Both the position numbers and the translations under genes were made by a program. From Camelus dromedarius (Eukaryota), in NCBI RefSeq assembly GCF_036321535.1, contig NC_087436.1, positions 6,448,001 to 6,512,000 of the forward strand: DNA of 64,000 bases, read 5' to 3'. Each line of letters begins with the position of its first letter. The first letter of the stretch is position 1. Shown one piece after another: positions 25,715 through 37,786 of this stretch. The notes beneath the pieces are model-generated. The model had not been told where the DNA came from and searched no databases. It was given only the letters and a program-made list of their open reading frames with translations.

Positions 25715-26532
25715 TTCCCTGAGAGAAAACATTTGCATCAACATTTTCAAGCAATGTGACTGACAAGGGTCTGATATACAAGATATAAAAATAGCTCATA
25801 CAACTCAACATCAGAAAAAATGAACAAACAAACAACCCAATCAAAAAATGGGTAGAAGACCTAAATAGACATTTCTCCAAAGAAGGCATCCAGTTGCCCA
25901 ACAGGCACATGAAAAGATGCTCAATATCACTAATCATTAGAGAAATTAACAGGTGTTAAGAAGACTAGACAGCCACATGCAAAAGAATGAAAATGGACCA
26001 CTATCTTACACCATACACAAAAATTTGGTCAAAATGGATTAAAGACTTGAACATAAAACCTGAAACCATGAAACTCCTAAAAGAAAACCTAAGCAGTAAG
26101 CTCCTTGACATAAATCTTGTCAATTTTTTGGATATGACACCAAAAGCAAAGGCAACAAAAGTAAAAATAAACATGTGAGATTACATCAAACTAAAATGCT
26201 TCAACATAGCAAAAGAAACCATCAGCAAAGGAGAAGGTGACCTACCCAACTGGAGAAAATATTTGCAAATCATATATCTGATAAGGGGTTAATATCCAAA
26301 ATATATAAAGAACTCATACCACTCAATAGCAAGAAACAAACAATTCAGTTAAAAAATGGGCACAGGATCTTTACAGATATTTTTCCAAAGACATACACAT
26401 GGCCAACAGGTACATGAAAAGGTGCTTAACGTCACTGATCATTAGGGAAATGTAAATAAAAACCACAATGAGATACCTTCACATGTGTTAGAATAGCGGC
26501 TATCAAAAAGAAAAGAGACAACAAGTGTTGGA
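25715..26532 (+). mobile_element. Two tandem L1 ORF2 fragments (about 25715-25947 and 25963-26532)
   Basis: [34 protein letters not shown]; both fragments cover the ctcatac..ctcaa...aaaaaatggg segment. Confidence 0.88.
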
Positions 26533-27775
26533 AAAGAGAAGGATGCATCGCCAGTGGGAGAATGCCCCATCCCCTCATTCAGGATATGGCTCTACTGTCC
26601 ATTCTTAGCACCGCCCTCTTTGACTGCTGAGCTCAAGAACACATGCATGTGTGTTGTATGTCTCTGCTACTAAAAGAGAGTTAGTTCCCTGTGGGCAGGA
26701 ACCCCGAGTTCCCAGTGCCTGGTATGTAAGGAAAGCAATATAATTACTGAGTGATTATTCAACTGATGGGTACTAGGGACCATCTGCAATTGTTAAAACA
26801 TAGTGTCTAGCTTTCCTGTTCCAAAAACAGATTAGATTCAGTTGGTCTATAAACGTTTTTGATTGAATAGCTAACCAAACAAGAGTACAAATATCTCTCC
26901 ATTTATTTCCTAATGTTGCAAATAAAAACAGACAGAGGGTCATCGTAGAAGACAGGGGAAAAGGAGGAAAACAAAGCAGATAACTGAACCATAAATTACC
27001 TAAAGGATTAGTCACTGAATTTTCTACCCATTAGTCAGTTTTCTTTTTTGTTAATAAAAATAATTATTATTTATGTGATATTCACCCATTTATTCTACAA
27101 TCTTTAATGCTAGGTAAGAATAGACATAGCAGTTATCAAAAAATGCTATAAGCCAAACAAAATGGGCAATTTCAAAAGTCTTTATTATGAGCCAGATACT
27201 GCAAGACATAATGTCCTAAGGCAGTTGGACTATAAATGTTTACGGAGGGAAATGAAGTCTGCTTTACCTGCCAATTTGAGTTACAACAGCATTAAAATCA
27301 TTACACAATGTGAAGTTGCTTCAGCAATGCTAACGTGATGCTGCTCACTCTGCAATAAAATATATTATTTCTCAGAATTGTATAAAATTACATTATTGAA
27401 TACAGACATATTTCCTAATTTTTAATAATTAAGCCAGGCTTGATACTTGCTATGAATAAACTATGAGACAAGAATTCCCATCTTCGGCAAAGTATGTCAC
27501 ACTTCTGCTCCCAGGTATTCAGAATAGCACTTGAGTCAAGATTTTAAAGTATTAAGTTCATCTTCTGAGATGCAGATGTAACAAATACATCAATCTGACA
27601 TTGAAAGAGCTTGTAAAGTGATGCATTTCTTAAAGATTCATCTTGAATGAGTCCTTAGGGGGACACCCATATTTTCAAAGTGGCTGCCGGGTCCTCGTTC
27701 CTGTACGAACCCCAAACAGCCAAGAAAGGAAAAAGGAAATTGACACCTGTGCAGAGTTTGATGTTGGTACAAACA

Positions 27776-29150
27776 CAGGGTCAGCTACGGAATTTGCAAG
27801 TCCCAGTGCAAACCAAAATGTCAGGACTCCTTTTTCAAAAAGCAGGGGGAAAAAGGTGTCATTAAAGGTACAAAAACATAGGGCAGAAGACCTAAATAGA
27901 CATTTCTCCAAAGAAGAGATACAGATGGCCAAGAGGCACATGAAAAGATGCTCATTATCACTAATTACTAGAGAAATGCAAATCAAAACTACAACAAGGT
28001 ACCACCTCACACCAGTCTGAATGGCCATAATCAAAAAGTCTACAAATGAAAATGCTGGAGAGTGTGTGGAGAAAAGGGAACCCTCCTACACTGTTGGTGG
28101 GAATGCAAATTGGTGCAGTCACTATGGAGAATAGTATGGAGATTTCTTAAAAAACTTAGAAGATAGACTTACCATATGACCTAGCAATCTCACTCTTGGG
28201 CATATATCCAGGGAAAACTCTAACTTGAAAAGGCGCATGCATCCCTGTGTTCGCAGCAGCACTATTTATAATAGCCAAGGCATGGAAGCAACTTAAATGT
28301 CCATCAACAGATGACTGGATAAAGAAGATGTGTGTGTGTGTGTGTGTGTGTAATGGAATACTACTCAGCCATAAAAATAATTAAATAATACCATTTGCAG
28401 CAATATGGATGGACCCAGAGATGATCATACTAAGTGAAGTAAGTAAGACAGAGAAAGACAAATATACCATATGATATCACTTATATGTGGAATCTAAAAA
28501 ATGATACAAATAAACTTATGTGTAGAATAGAAACAGACTCACAGACATAGAAAACAAACTTATGGTTACCAAAGGGGAAAGGGGAGGGATAAACTAGGAG
28601 TCTGGGCTTAATAGATAAATACTACTGTATATAAAGTAGATAAACAACAAGGACCTACTGTACAGCACAGGGAACTATATTCAATATCTTGTAATAACCA
28701 ATAGTGGAAAAGAATATGAAAAAGAATATATACGTGTATAACTGAATCTGTACACCAGAAACTAACACAACATTGTAAATCAACTAGATGTCATAAAAAA
28801 TATATTTTAAGCTACAAAAGATATAAAGGCTTTCCCTTTCTCTCTCTCTCCCCACCCCCAATGTTTTTTATTTGCTACTTAATGTTGCTCTAAGTCAAAA
28901 GAATTTTTTTAAATTATGAGCATACATTTTGCTGTCCATCTCTATATTGTGTAATGCTGCTTTCACAAATACAAGAGCATTTACCTTGCGTGCAAAATTA
29001 TCAAAATTATATGATTTGTATTTTGCAGCTTACACATGAATACTTATCAAACCAGTACAAACACTGCACAAAACTAACTGAACTGTTTTTATTTCACTTC
29101 TTGATACTCTCTACCTTTGACTGGCTGACAAATAAGAAATGACTCGAAAG
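27776..29150 (+). mobile_element. MER45-like hAT-Tip100 DNA transposon interrupted by an L1
   Basis: cagggtcagctacggaatttgc..cccagtgcaaa...ttcaaaaagcagg...ttaaaggtac resumes after the L1 as aaggctttcccttt...tgttttttatttgcta.ttaatgt; resembles the recalled MER45 consensus. Right boundary approximate. Confidence 0.65.
27881..28805 (+). mobile_element. L1 3' 0.9 kb inserted in the MER45-like element
   Basis: ORF2 remnant [24 protein letters not shown]; degenerate TSD aaggtacaaaaacata / aagctacaaaagatata; internal (TG)n. Confidence 0.93.
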
Positions 29151-29189
29151 AAAAGGAGAGTTTGCAGCAGTGCAAGGTGAACAACTCTT

Positions 29190-29538
29190 GATCTGACACA
29201 TTTACATATTGCAATATGATGACCACTGTAGCTTTAGCTACACCTCTATCGTGTCACATACTTACCAGTTCTTTTCTTATGGTGAGAACATTAAGATCTA
29301 GTCTCTCAGCCATGTTGAAGCATCTATTACAGTAATAAATGACAGTAATCAACACGCTGTGGATTACTAGAGCTCCAAAACTTAGTCATCTCCTAGTTAC
29401 AAGCTGGCATCCTTAAACATCACCTCCCCACCCCCCAGCCCCTGGGGACTGCCATTCTATTCGCTGTTTCTACAGGTTTGGCTTTTTTAGATTCTACATA
29501 TAACTGATATCACACAGTATTTGTCTTTCTCTGTCTGT
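29190..29538 (-). mobile_element. Older L1 3'UTR fragment
   Basis: ggtgagaaca.ttaagatcta.tctctcagc...ttttagattctacatataa...gtatttgtctttctctgtctg. Confidence 0.8.
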
Positions 29539-29577
29539 TCATTTAGAGCTTTTCAAATCAGACAGTTTCAGCTTAAA

Positions 29578-29718
29578 GGGATCAGGTTGTAGATCAGCTC
29601 AGTGGTAGAGTGTGTGCTTAGCATGCACGATGTCCTGGGTTCAATCCCCAGTACCTCCATTAAAAAATAAATAAATCTAATTACCCCCCCCCAAAAAAAC
29701 CCCAAAACAAACCAAACG
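29578..29718 (+). mobile_element. Camelid tRNA-derived SINE (Vic-1-like)
   Basis: A box agctcagtggtagag, B box gggttcaatccc, body cagtacctccatt...ctaattacc, A-rich tail. Degenerate 17-bp TSD gacagtttcagcttaaa / gataatttcaacttaaa. Confidence 0.88.
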
Positions 29719-30134
29719 GATAATTTCAACTTAAATCCCAAGTCACACAATTTAAGTGTAAAATTCTGAGACCTCTTTTAAATAGCCTAGGTGGGTATTT
29801 TAAGTTCAGAACTCAACAAGGACAAACCACCTTATACACTAGACATGCAGTAACTCTTGCTGGTATCATTTGCTTCTAAACAAAGAAAACCTGTTTAGCT
29901 GGACACCGCAGTCTATTTATACAGTAGAAATCACTTTTCATAGTTCAGTGGGAGAAGCCATATGTTAACTTGGAGATTCCTTAAGAACTATGTAGTGTAT
30001 TTGAATGAAGTAAACTAGTATGTAAATTCGTTTGGTAAATATTTCACCAGGATGTAGAATGATATTTGGCAACATTCCTTACTCCTTTGATGATTAAAGT
30101 CTTTCTACAATACACCGTCACAAAGGCATTTGCT

Positions 30135-32231
30135 CTTTTTCTTATTAAGTTGTATGAGTTGCTTATATATTCTGGAGATCAAGCCTTTGTCAGTTTCATC
30201 TTTTGCAAAAATTTTCTCCCATTCTGTACGTTGTTGTTTTGTTTTACTTATGGTTTCCCTTGCTGTGCAAAAGCTTGTAAGTTTAATTAGGTCCCATTTG
30301 TTTATTCCTGCTTTTTTTCATTTTTTTTTTTTTTCATTTTAAAGTTTATTCTTGCTTTTATTTCTATTGCTTGGGTAGACTGCCAAGGAGAACATTTTTG
30401 AGATGTATTTGAGACAATGTTTTGCCTATATTTTCTTCTAGGAGGTTTATTGTATCTTGTCTTATGTTTAAGTCTTTGATCCATTTTGAGTTTATTTTTG
30501 TATATGGTGTAAGGGAGTGTTCCAGCTTCATTGATTTACATGCTGCTGTCTAGTTTTCCCAACACCATTTGCTGAAGAGACTGTCTTTATTCCACTGTAT
30601 GTTCTTGCCTCCTTTGTCAAAGAGTATTTGACCAAAAGTTTATGGGTTCATTTCTGGGCTCTCTGTTCTGTTCCATTGGTCCATATGTCTCTTTTTGTAC
30701 CAATACTATGCTGTTTTGATTACTGTAGCTCTGTAGTATTGTCTGAAGTCTGGGAGGGTTATTCTTCCAGCCTCTTTCTTTTTCTTCAGTAATGCTTTGG
30801 CAATTCTAGGTCTTTTGTGATTCCATATTAATTTCATTGTGATTTGTTCTAGTTTTGTGAAATGTGTCCTGGGTAATTTGACAGGGATTGTATTAAATCT
30901 GTAGATTGCCTTGGGCAGCATGACCATTTTAACAGTATTGATTCTTCCAATCCAAGAGCATGGGATATCTTTCCATTTTTTAAAGTCTTCTTGAATTTCC
31001 TTAATCAATGTTTTATAGTTTTCCATGTATAAGTCTTTCACCTCCTTGGTTAGATTTATTCTGAAGTATTTTATTACTTTGGGTGCTATTTTAAAGGAGA
31101 TTGTTTCTTTACTTTCTTTTCCTGTTGATTCATCGTTAGTGTAAAGAAATGCAACTGATTTTTGTGCGTTAATCTTGTAACCTGCTACCTTGCTGAATTT
31201 TTTGATTATTTCTAGTAGTTTTTGTGTGGACATTTTAGGGTTTTCTATATATAGTATCATGCCATCTGCATATAGTGACAATTTTACCTCTTCTAAACAA
31301 CCCAATCCAAAAATGGGCAGACAATTCTCCAAGGAAGAAATACAAATGATCAATAGGCACATGAAAAAATGCTCAATATCACTAATTATCAGAGGAATGC
31401 AAATCAAAACTACAATGAGGTATCACCTCACACCAGTCAGAATGGCCATCATTCAAAAGTCCACAAATGGAAAATATTGGAGAGGCTGTGGAGGAAAGGG
31501 AACCCTCCTACACTGCTGGTGGGAATGCAGTTTGGTGCAGCCACCGTGGAAAACAGTATGGAGATTCCTCAAAAGACTAGGAATAGACTTACCATATGAC
31601 CCAGGAATCCTGCTCCTGGGTATATATCCAGAAGGAACCCTACTTCAAAAAGACACCTGCACCCCAATGTTCATAGCAGCACTATTTACAATATCCAAGA
31701 CATGGAAACAGCCTAAATGTCCATCGACAGATGACTGGATAAAGAAGAAGTGGTATATTTATACAATGGAATACTATTCAGCCATAAAAAAGACAACAAT
31801 AATGCCATTTGCAGCAACATGGATGTCCCTGGAGAATGTCATTCTAAGTGAAGTAAGCCAGAAAGAGAAAGAAAAATACCATATGAGATCGCTCATATGT
31901 GAAATCTAAAAAGAAAAAAAAAAAAAGAACATAACTACAAAACAGAAACAGACTCACAGACATAGAATACAAACTTGTGGTTGCCAAGGGGGTGGGGGGT
32001 GGGAAGGGACAGACTGGGAGTTCAAAATTTGTAGATACTGACAGGTGTATATATAATAGATAAAAAAGATTATACTGTGTAGCACAGGGAAATATATACA
32101 AGATCTTGTGGTAGCTCACGGTGAAAAAGAATGTGACAGTGAATATATGTATGTTCATGTATGACTGAAAAATTGTGCTCTACACTGGAAATTGACACAA
32201 CATTGCAAACTGACTGCAATTCAATTAAAAA
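30135..32231 (+). mobile_element. Young 5'-inverted (twin-primed) L1: antisense ORF2 segment about 30135-31293, sense 3' segment about 31295-32231
   Basis: Perfect 13-bp TSD aaaggcatttgct at 30122-30134 and 32232-32244. Minus-strand RT remnant [20 protein letters not shown]; plus-strand ORF2 C-terminus and 3'UTR. Confidence 0.95.
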
Positions 32232-32849
32232 AAAGGCATTTGCTTCACTGTATTCAAGATTCTCTGTGATCTAAGAACAAACAGGTGTTTAGCTTGGAAT
32301 TAAAGATACAACAGGGTCAGGTTTGTTTCCAACAACAGAGCCTGGCTTCAGGTCTTCATAGCAGGACTTTCTGAAATCACTGGGCCTCAAATATTCCATC
32401 TCAAATACAAGATTTTCTTGTTCCCAGAAAAAATAAGGCAACGTAAAATTAGTCTTTTGTATACTTAATGTCTTTTCTCCCATTGCTCCCTGTCCTGCAG
32501 ATTGAAGAGAACATTTAACATTCCAAAAATTCCTTCACAGATTCCTAAGACAGGTTTTCCCAAAGTACACAATTTAAAAAGATAGAATAGTTTTATTTCA
32601 GGTCAGAGATTGATCTTTCTGTCGACCCCTTGGACTTCTGTTTGACACCTGGTACAAAGCCCAGTGACAACTGTTAATCACTTGCAAAAATCCATTTTTC
32701 TGAAAATGAAACACACATCCTTTCCCCCTGCAATCCTCTTGCATCATGACCGGTTTGTTTCCCAAACTGCCAACTTGAAAAGCCACCGTAAAAGGCCTGC
32801 CCCAGTAGCTCTCTAAACAGAGCAGGCGATCTAGCCTTCCCTTGGGGAT

Positions 32850-33210
32850 CACGGACTACGGATCTGAAAAGGTGAGAATCAGCAGTTCCCAAAAGACATC
32901 ATCTCAACCACATGGAGAAAGCCCATCTAAAGTAATAAAGCAGAGAGAAACAGAGACAAAAAAACAAAGAGAGCAAGAGAGACAGAGGGAGTAAAGGAGT
33001 ACAGAACAGAAACAGAGACAGATGCAGAGAGACCGATGCCCTCGGCTGAGCTGGGTTTAAGTCTCTTGCACCCAGGGAGTCCTGACTAATACAAAAACGG
33101 GGACTGGCTTGTCAGAAGTGAGAGATGCTAACTGTGGGCGTGACTGAGCTGATAAGGGGTGGAGAGCAATGGCAATTCCTCAGTCCCAGACTGAAAAGTT
33201 GGCAGTTTAG
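32850..33210 (+). mobile_element. MLT1 (ERVL-MaLR; J/K/L-like) LTR 3' part plus start of internal sequence
   Basis: LTR terminus gagctgggttt..gtctcttgca.cc..ggagtcctgactaataca ending at 33092. Confidence 0.7.
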
Positions 33211-33341
33211 TCATTCAGTCAAAAAGCTTCACTGTATTCTGTTGTCTGTTGTGGCTTAGGACTGGCATGTGGTTTTCTCCTTTCCTTTTTCCCCACCACA
33301 ACCAAGGACCAAGGAAATGTGTATCAAGATAGGATCTTATC

Positions 33342-33505
33342 ATAAACAACAAGGTACAGCACAGAGAACTATATTCCATGGCTTGTAGCAACCTGTAATG
33401 AAAAAGAATATGAAAAATAATATATGTGTATATGTATAATTGAATCACTACGCTGTACGCCAGCAACTAATACAACATTGTAAATAAAAAAAAAATGCAG
33501 AAAAG
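33342..33505 (+). mobile_element. Short L1 3' end with 15-bp TSD
   Basis: TSD agataggatcttatc (33327-33341) / agatagaatcttatc (33506-33520). Confidence 0.9.
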
Positions 33506-33544
33506 AGATAGAATCTTATCCGTTTGGGTCCCTGAGGGACCCCA

Positions 33545-35040
33545 ATATAAGAATTAAACTTCTGTGGGGCCAGCTTTTTACTACAGTACAACCTAGTAGG
33601 TACTGGCTGATTCAGAAATTGGTGGCTAGATACGGTGCGCTGTCATAACCACAAACAGAAAATAGCCGGTATTTGGCTTAAAAGCCAGGTAGCAGACAGG
33701 AAGGAAATTGTCAGAAGCTGAGGACAGTTATCCATGTTAAGAAGTGGCAAATGATCTGGCAACACTGTGACCAGTGACAACCTGGCAATCAGATCGTACA
33801 CCTAATGAGCGTATAATCCTGGGACAAGAGATCCCAGAAACAGAGGAGGATGTATCGGGTGCTGCCAGTTTGTAAAAAAAAAAAAAAATAGATGAAGGGA
33901 ACTAGAGTCCAGAAACTCAGAACTTGAAGAATTAGGACTGTGTGCTTCTCAACCACAACCAGTGCAAGATAAGACTGAAAAATTCCCTTAGCAACAAAGG
34001 TCAATCAAAATCAGCCTTGCAGTAAGGATTAAATTAGGGTGATGGCCATTACAATCATTGCTAAAAATCTTTGAAGGCACTGAAATATCTGAGAGTAAAA
34101 GCGAAACTTAAGAGTGTGGTTCTGTAAATCCTCTCACTTGGACCAAGGGAAAAGACGAAGGAAGTGGTTGTCAGCAAAACTTCACAGACTCAGGTCACCT
34201 GCCATAAATCATTAGAGAGAAAGAGAGAAAGGGGGGCGGCGGGGGCAAGAAAAGCAGCGCAGCCAACCTGGGAATTAAGTTCACAAAACTTTTTTAAGAA
34301 AAGAACTATAGAGGTGCCTATTGACACAAGAAACTAACTGAAACTAATTGGAACCAAATAAATAAGAACAGAGCAAAGTTCTTAAAAGAGTTGAGTAGTA
34401 CTGCTACAAGGACCACTAGCCTGAGCTTAATTAAAAAAAAAAAAAAGACAGCGATTTTTTCGCTTATAAAGCAACCTTGGCGGTACTCAACCAACTGAAT
34501 GCAAAGAGGAGGCTGTGGCCTCTGCTCAGCCCCAGGACACTGGAGGGCACACTCTCCAACATCCACTTTAGATGCGGAGAATTCCGATAATGAGGAAGAA
34601 GGACCCTCCATTAGTGCAGACCAGACAAGGGGCTGGAAGTCCCTCCCAGGGTGCAGACTCTGCCTAATTAAGGAGCATCCCCGCCCACCTGGGGCGGGGA
34701 GCCTCACTCGTCTGCCCAGCAGAATTTCGGAAGTCCTGCAGACTGTCTGCCGCGTTTCCCCTACCAATCCCCTTTCTAATGAGAGTGTTTATGGCCATTA
34801 TCTTGTCCCGGACCACCACCACGTGTCGGGGGCAGACAGCTTGTCTTCGGAGTTCATAGAGGTTTAGTCCAGAGAACCCACCGCTAGACCTCAGGTCGGA
34901 ACCGCCTACTGGGCGTCACCCAGAGACCCTGAACTGTGCGCTTGGCACTGTGACTGCACGTAACTTCGGGGGTGTTTCCCTTGGAGAAGAGATTAGTGTG
35001 TTATACCCACAGGTGGTCAGAAAGGCAGGCTGCAGCTCTC
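33545..35040 (+). mobile_element. MLT1 (MaLR) LTR end plus about 1.4 kb internal sequence
   Basis: ctgattca-gaaattggt junction; ccatgttaagaagtggcaa; ggggcagacagcttgtctt..agttcata; ending gtggtcagaaaggcaggc-tg. Resembles the recalled MLT1-int consensus. Confidence 0.7.
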
Positions 35041-35069
35041 ATTAGCACGGCTCAGCAAAATAGTTCTGC

Positions 35070-35264
35070 TTTGCAACATGGAGATATCATATTAAGTGAA
35101 GTAAGCCAGAAAGAGAAAGAAAAATACCATAGGGTATCACTTACATGTGGAATCTAAGAACATGGACACAAGTGTACTTATTTGCAAAACAGAGACAGAC
35201 TCACAGACATAGAAAACGAACTTACTGTTACCCGGGGGGAAGGAGACATGGAAGGATAAATTGG
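35070..35264 (+). mobile_element. L1 fragment (ORF2 end / 3'UTR start)
   Basis: [16 protein letters not shown]...TCGI remnant; acagactcacagacatagaaaac. Confidence 0.85.
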
Positions 35265-35386
35265 GTGCTTAATAAAGTTATTATTAAAATTAATTTCTCC
35301 TGGTTTTTTTTTTTTCACCTTTTTAAATATGGCTCCTGGAAAACGGCACAGGTGCCTGGTGTTGTCCGTCTGTTGGACACACCTGT
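35262..35386 (-). mobile_element. MER33-like hAT-Charlie fragment
   Basis: Minus strand tgtccaacaga...ttttccaggagccat...aaaccaggagaaattaattttaataata matches the recalled MER33 5' part. Confidence 0.65.
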
Positions 35387-36949
35387 CTAAAGCCAATGTG
35401 TGTTCGTAATTGGCCATGACTACGGCTGTGTTCTTTCTGGCAGTGGCTCGTCTGCAGACACGCTGGACCACACTAGCCGACTTCCATCTGTCACACAACA
35501 GCCTCGCGTCCGGACTGCAGCCGCTGTCACTGCTCATCTTTGCGCCCAACGGTCGGGAGACTCATCCTCCTTGTCAGTATCTCTTTGATTTGTACCAACT
35601 CGTTGCTCAGAAATGAACATCCACGTTTATACCTACTTCGTTACCTAAATTAATCAACCTAATGTCTTGCCCTCTCCAACGACTGATGACCCCTGGCTCT
35701 CCGCTACCATTTCCAAGGGAGGACCAGAGCCTTTCAGTGACTGCTCGGAGGTTATCCGTCTCATCAGTGGCGTAACTGGGGCAGGAACTCTCCATCTCCT
35801 ACTGGCGCTACTGGGTCAAGCCACCTTTACTTTTCCAACTCATTCTTCCTTCCGGCACATAGGAGATGGCCCTCGCGTAAATCAGGTAGCCCCCAGTGAG
35901 CCGTGCAGAGGCATCGCGCAGACCGGGATTCCCAGGGTAGGGCTGAGAGCACTGAATCTCCTGTGCGGTTGACCCCACGGAGGCATAGCAAGCTAAATCC
36001 CGGGCAAGTGAGCAGGGGTTAGAGGAGGGCTCCTGCGGCAGCAGGGAGGCGGGAACTCAAGCCGGAATTCTGCAGCCAGACATTCTGATGAGTGAGCATG
36101 CGCCGTGGGTTGGCAGGGAAGAAGCGAGGGAAGACGGGTGTTCTGGGCGCCCAGGTGGTCCAAACGCGACACTGCACGTCCAGTCTCCAGGTCCCACCCG
36201 CTGGCTCCACCAGCTGCAGAGAACTGCTCCCTTACACTGTCTTGAACTAGGTGGGTTCAATCTGGTTGGAATGAGCCTGAAACTTGAATGTCTTCACTTA
36301 CAATAGTTTGAGAGAACCAAGGACAGCAAGATTAATAATACTAAGCTCTAGACAGAATTTGCACTTAACAAATGCCATCAACTGGTATTTACTGGGTAAG
36401 ATGATAAATGACAGATATATAGATAGATAACAGACTAGCTAGGTAGATTAGATACCAGATAGACAGACAGGCGGCGCTAAGCTTGCTAACCCTGTCTTCC
36501 TCCTCTCCACACTGGCAGCTTTCCAGAGGATAACTTAATTCTGTTACGTCCCAGTCATACCCCTCAAAGGTGACACATGAATCCACACAGGACTTGGTTT
36601 ACCATTTAATCGCTGATTTTCTGCTGAAAGGGCATAATAACTTCTAATCACTTCCACTGAGGGCAAAATTGTTTAGAATTTGTACACGGTGTCTTTTGAA
36701 ATACCTGTCCCTACTTGTTGCTCTGTCGCACTTTGTGCATTTTGCTTGATACCATTCCCCAGAAGTCGTTTCACTCCAGAGTTGTTTAATTAATGCTAAA
36801 TCGACACAGCTAAAACTGCCTAGGGGGTGGCTGAGAGAGGATGGGTATCGCAAGAGTGTTGCCTGATTGGCAGCTGTCAATTAGAAATGGAGCCAGAGGA
36901 TGAACAACGTAACAGCAAGCATTTTTAAAAGCTCCTGGATTGCACTTAT

Positions 36950-37075
36950 TCTTTTTTTTTTTCATTTTCAGATTCTTTTCCACTCTCAGTTACTCTAAGG
37001 TATTGAATATAGTTCCCTGTGCTATACAGTAGGACCTTGTCTACTTCATAAATATTAGTGTGTATCTACAAATCT
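36950..37075 (-). mobile_element. Short L1 3'UTR fragment
   Basis: tattgaatatagttccctgtgctatacagtaggaccttgt. Confidence 0.8.
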
Positions 37076-37786
37076 CTTATCCTAATTGCATCAGGTGGCT
37101 CACCATTACCTGAATATCTCTACATCGTGATGCCCTGATTGAGATTTTTCCAGCCTCTTTCACTGGGACTTGCCCAGGTCTACAATCAAACAAACCTTTA
37201 AGAACAGGACTGTTTCTACTGCTGAAAATGATGGTGGCCAGTAGGTTCAGAAGCATGGGCAAAAGCCCTCAAGGGTTATTGTGTCACCTTTAGCTATGAT
37301 GCTGAAGAACATCGTGGTGAATTTCAGTGGTCGTGGGCTGGAAAAACCACAAGGTTAGAAACTTGAATCTACGGAGCACAGTCAAGTTCGTCTGGCTTGA
37401 CTCACTGGGTTGTTCTCAGAAGTGCTTTCCAAATAGAAGAATTTTTTAAATTATTCAGAGAGTTGCAATAAAGTTTTAAGAACAGGTTTCAAGATAAGAA
37501 AATGTGTTAATTGTAAATGCTGACACATTAGCCCATGTCAGCAACAGATGCGGGGTGGAAACCCGGATGTGCCTAGCCAGACAGAGGGAGTGACATCACA
37601 GACCCTCCGGGGCCCACGGTGCAGGTTGACAAACGTCTGTTTGTTTTGAAAACTCTCTAATAAATGTCTTCAAAGCTGTGAAACCAGAAAATGAGAAAAC
37701 GCCCTTTAAATGTAGGTAAGAAGAATTCTAACTAGCTGGTAAAAATCAGTACTTAAATTTTGTTCATGGGAGTCTTTTGCTACAAT

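Noticed and set aside
29578..29660. tRNA gene (A and B boxes present)
   Set aside because: It continues into a SINE body, A tail and TSD, and three more copies occur in the window: a tRNA-derived SINE.
30706..31909. The two longest ORFs (233 aa minus, 239 aa plus) as novel genes
   Set aside because: Both are chimeras of sense and antisense L1 ORF2 across the inversion junction, and the RT motif is mutated (YADG).
35178..35972. Possible processed pseudogene (several ORFs, GC-rich, poly-T nearby)
   Set aside because: No recognisable protein similarity. The poly-T and the KKKPGEINFNNN text belong to a MER33-like fragment.
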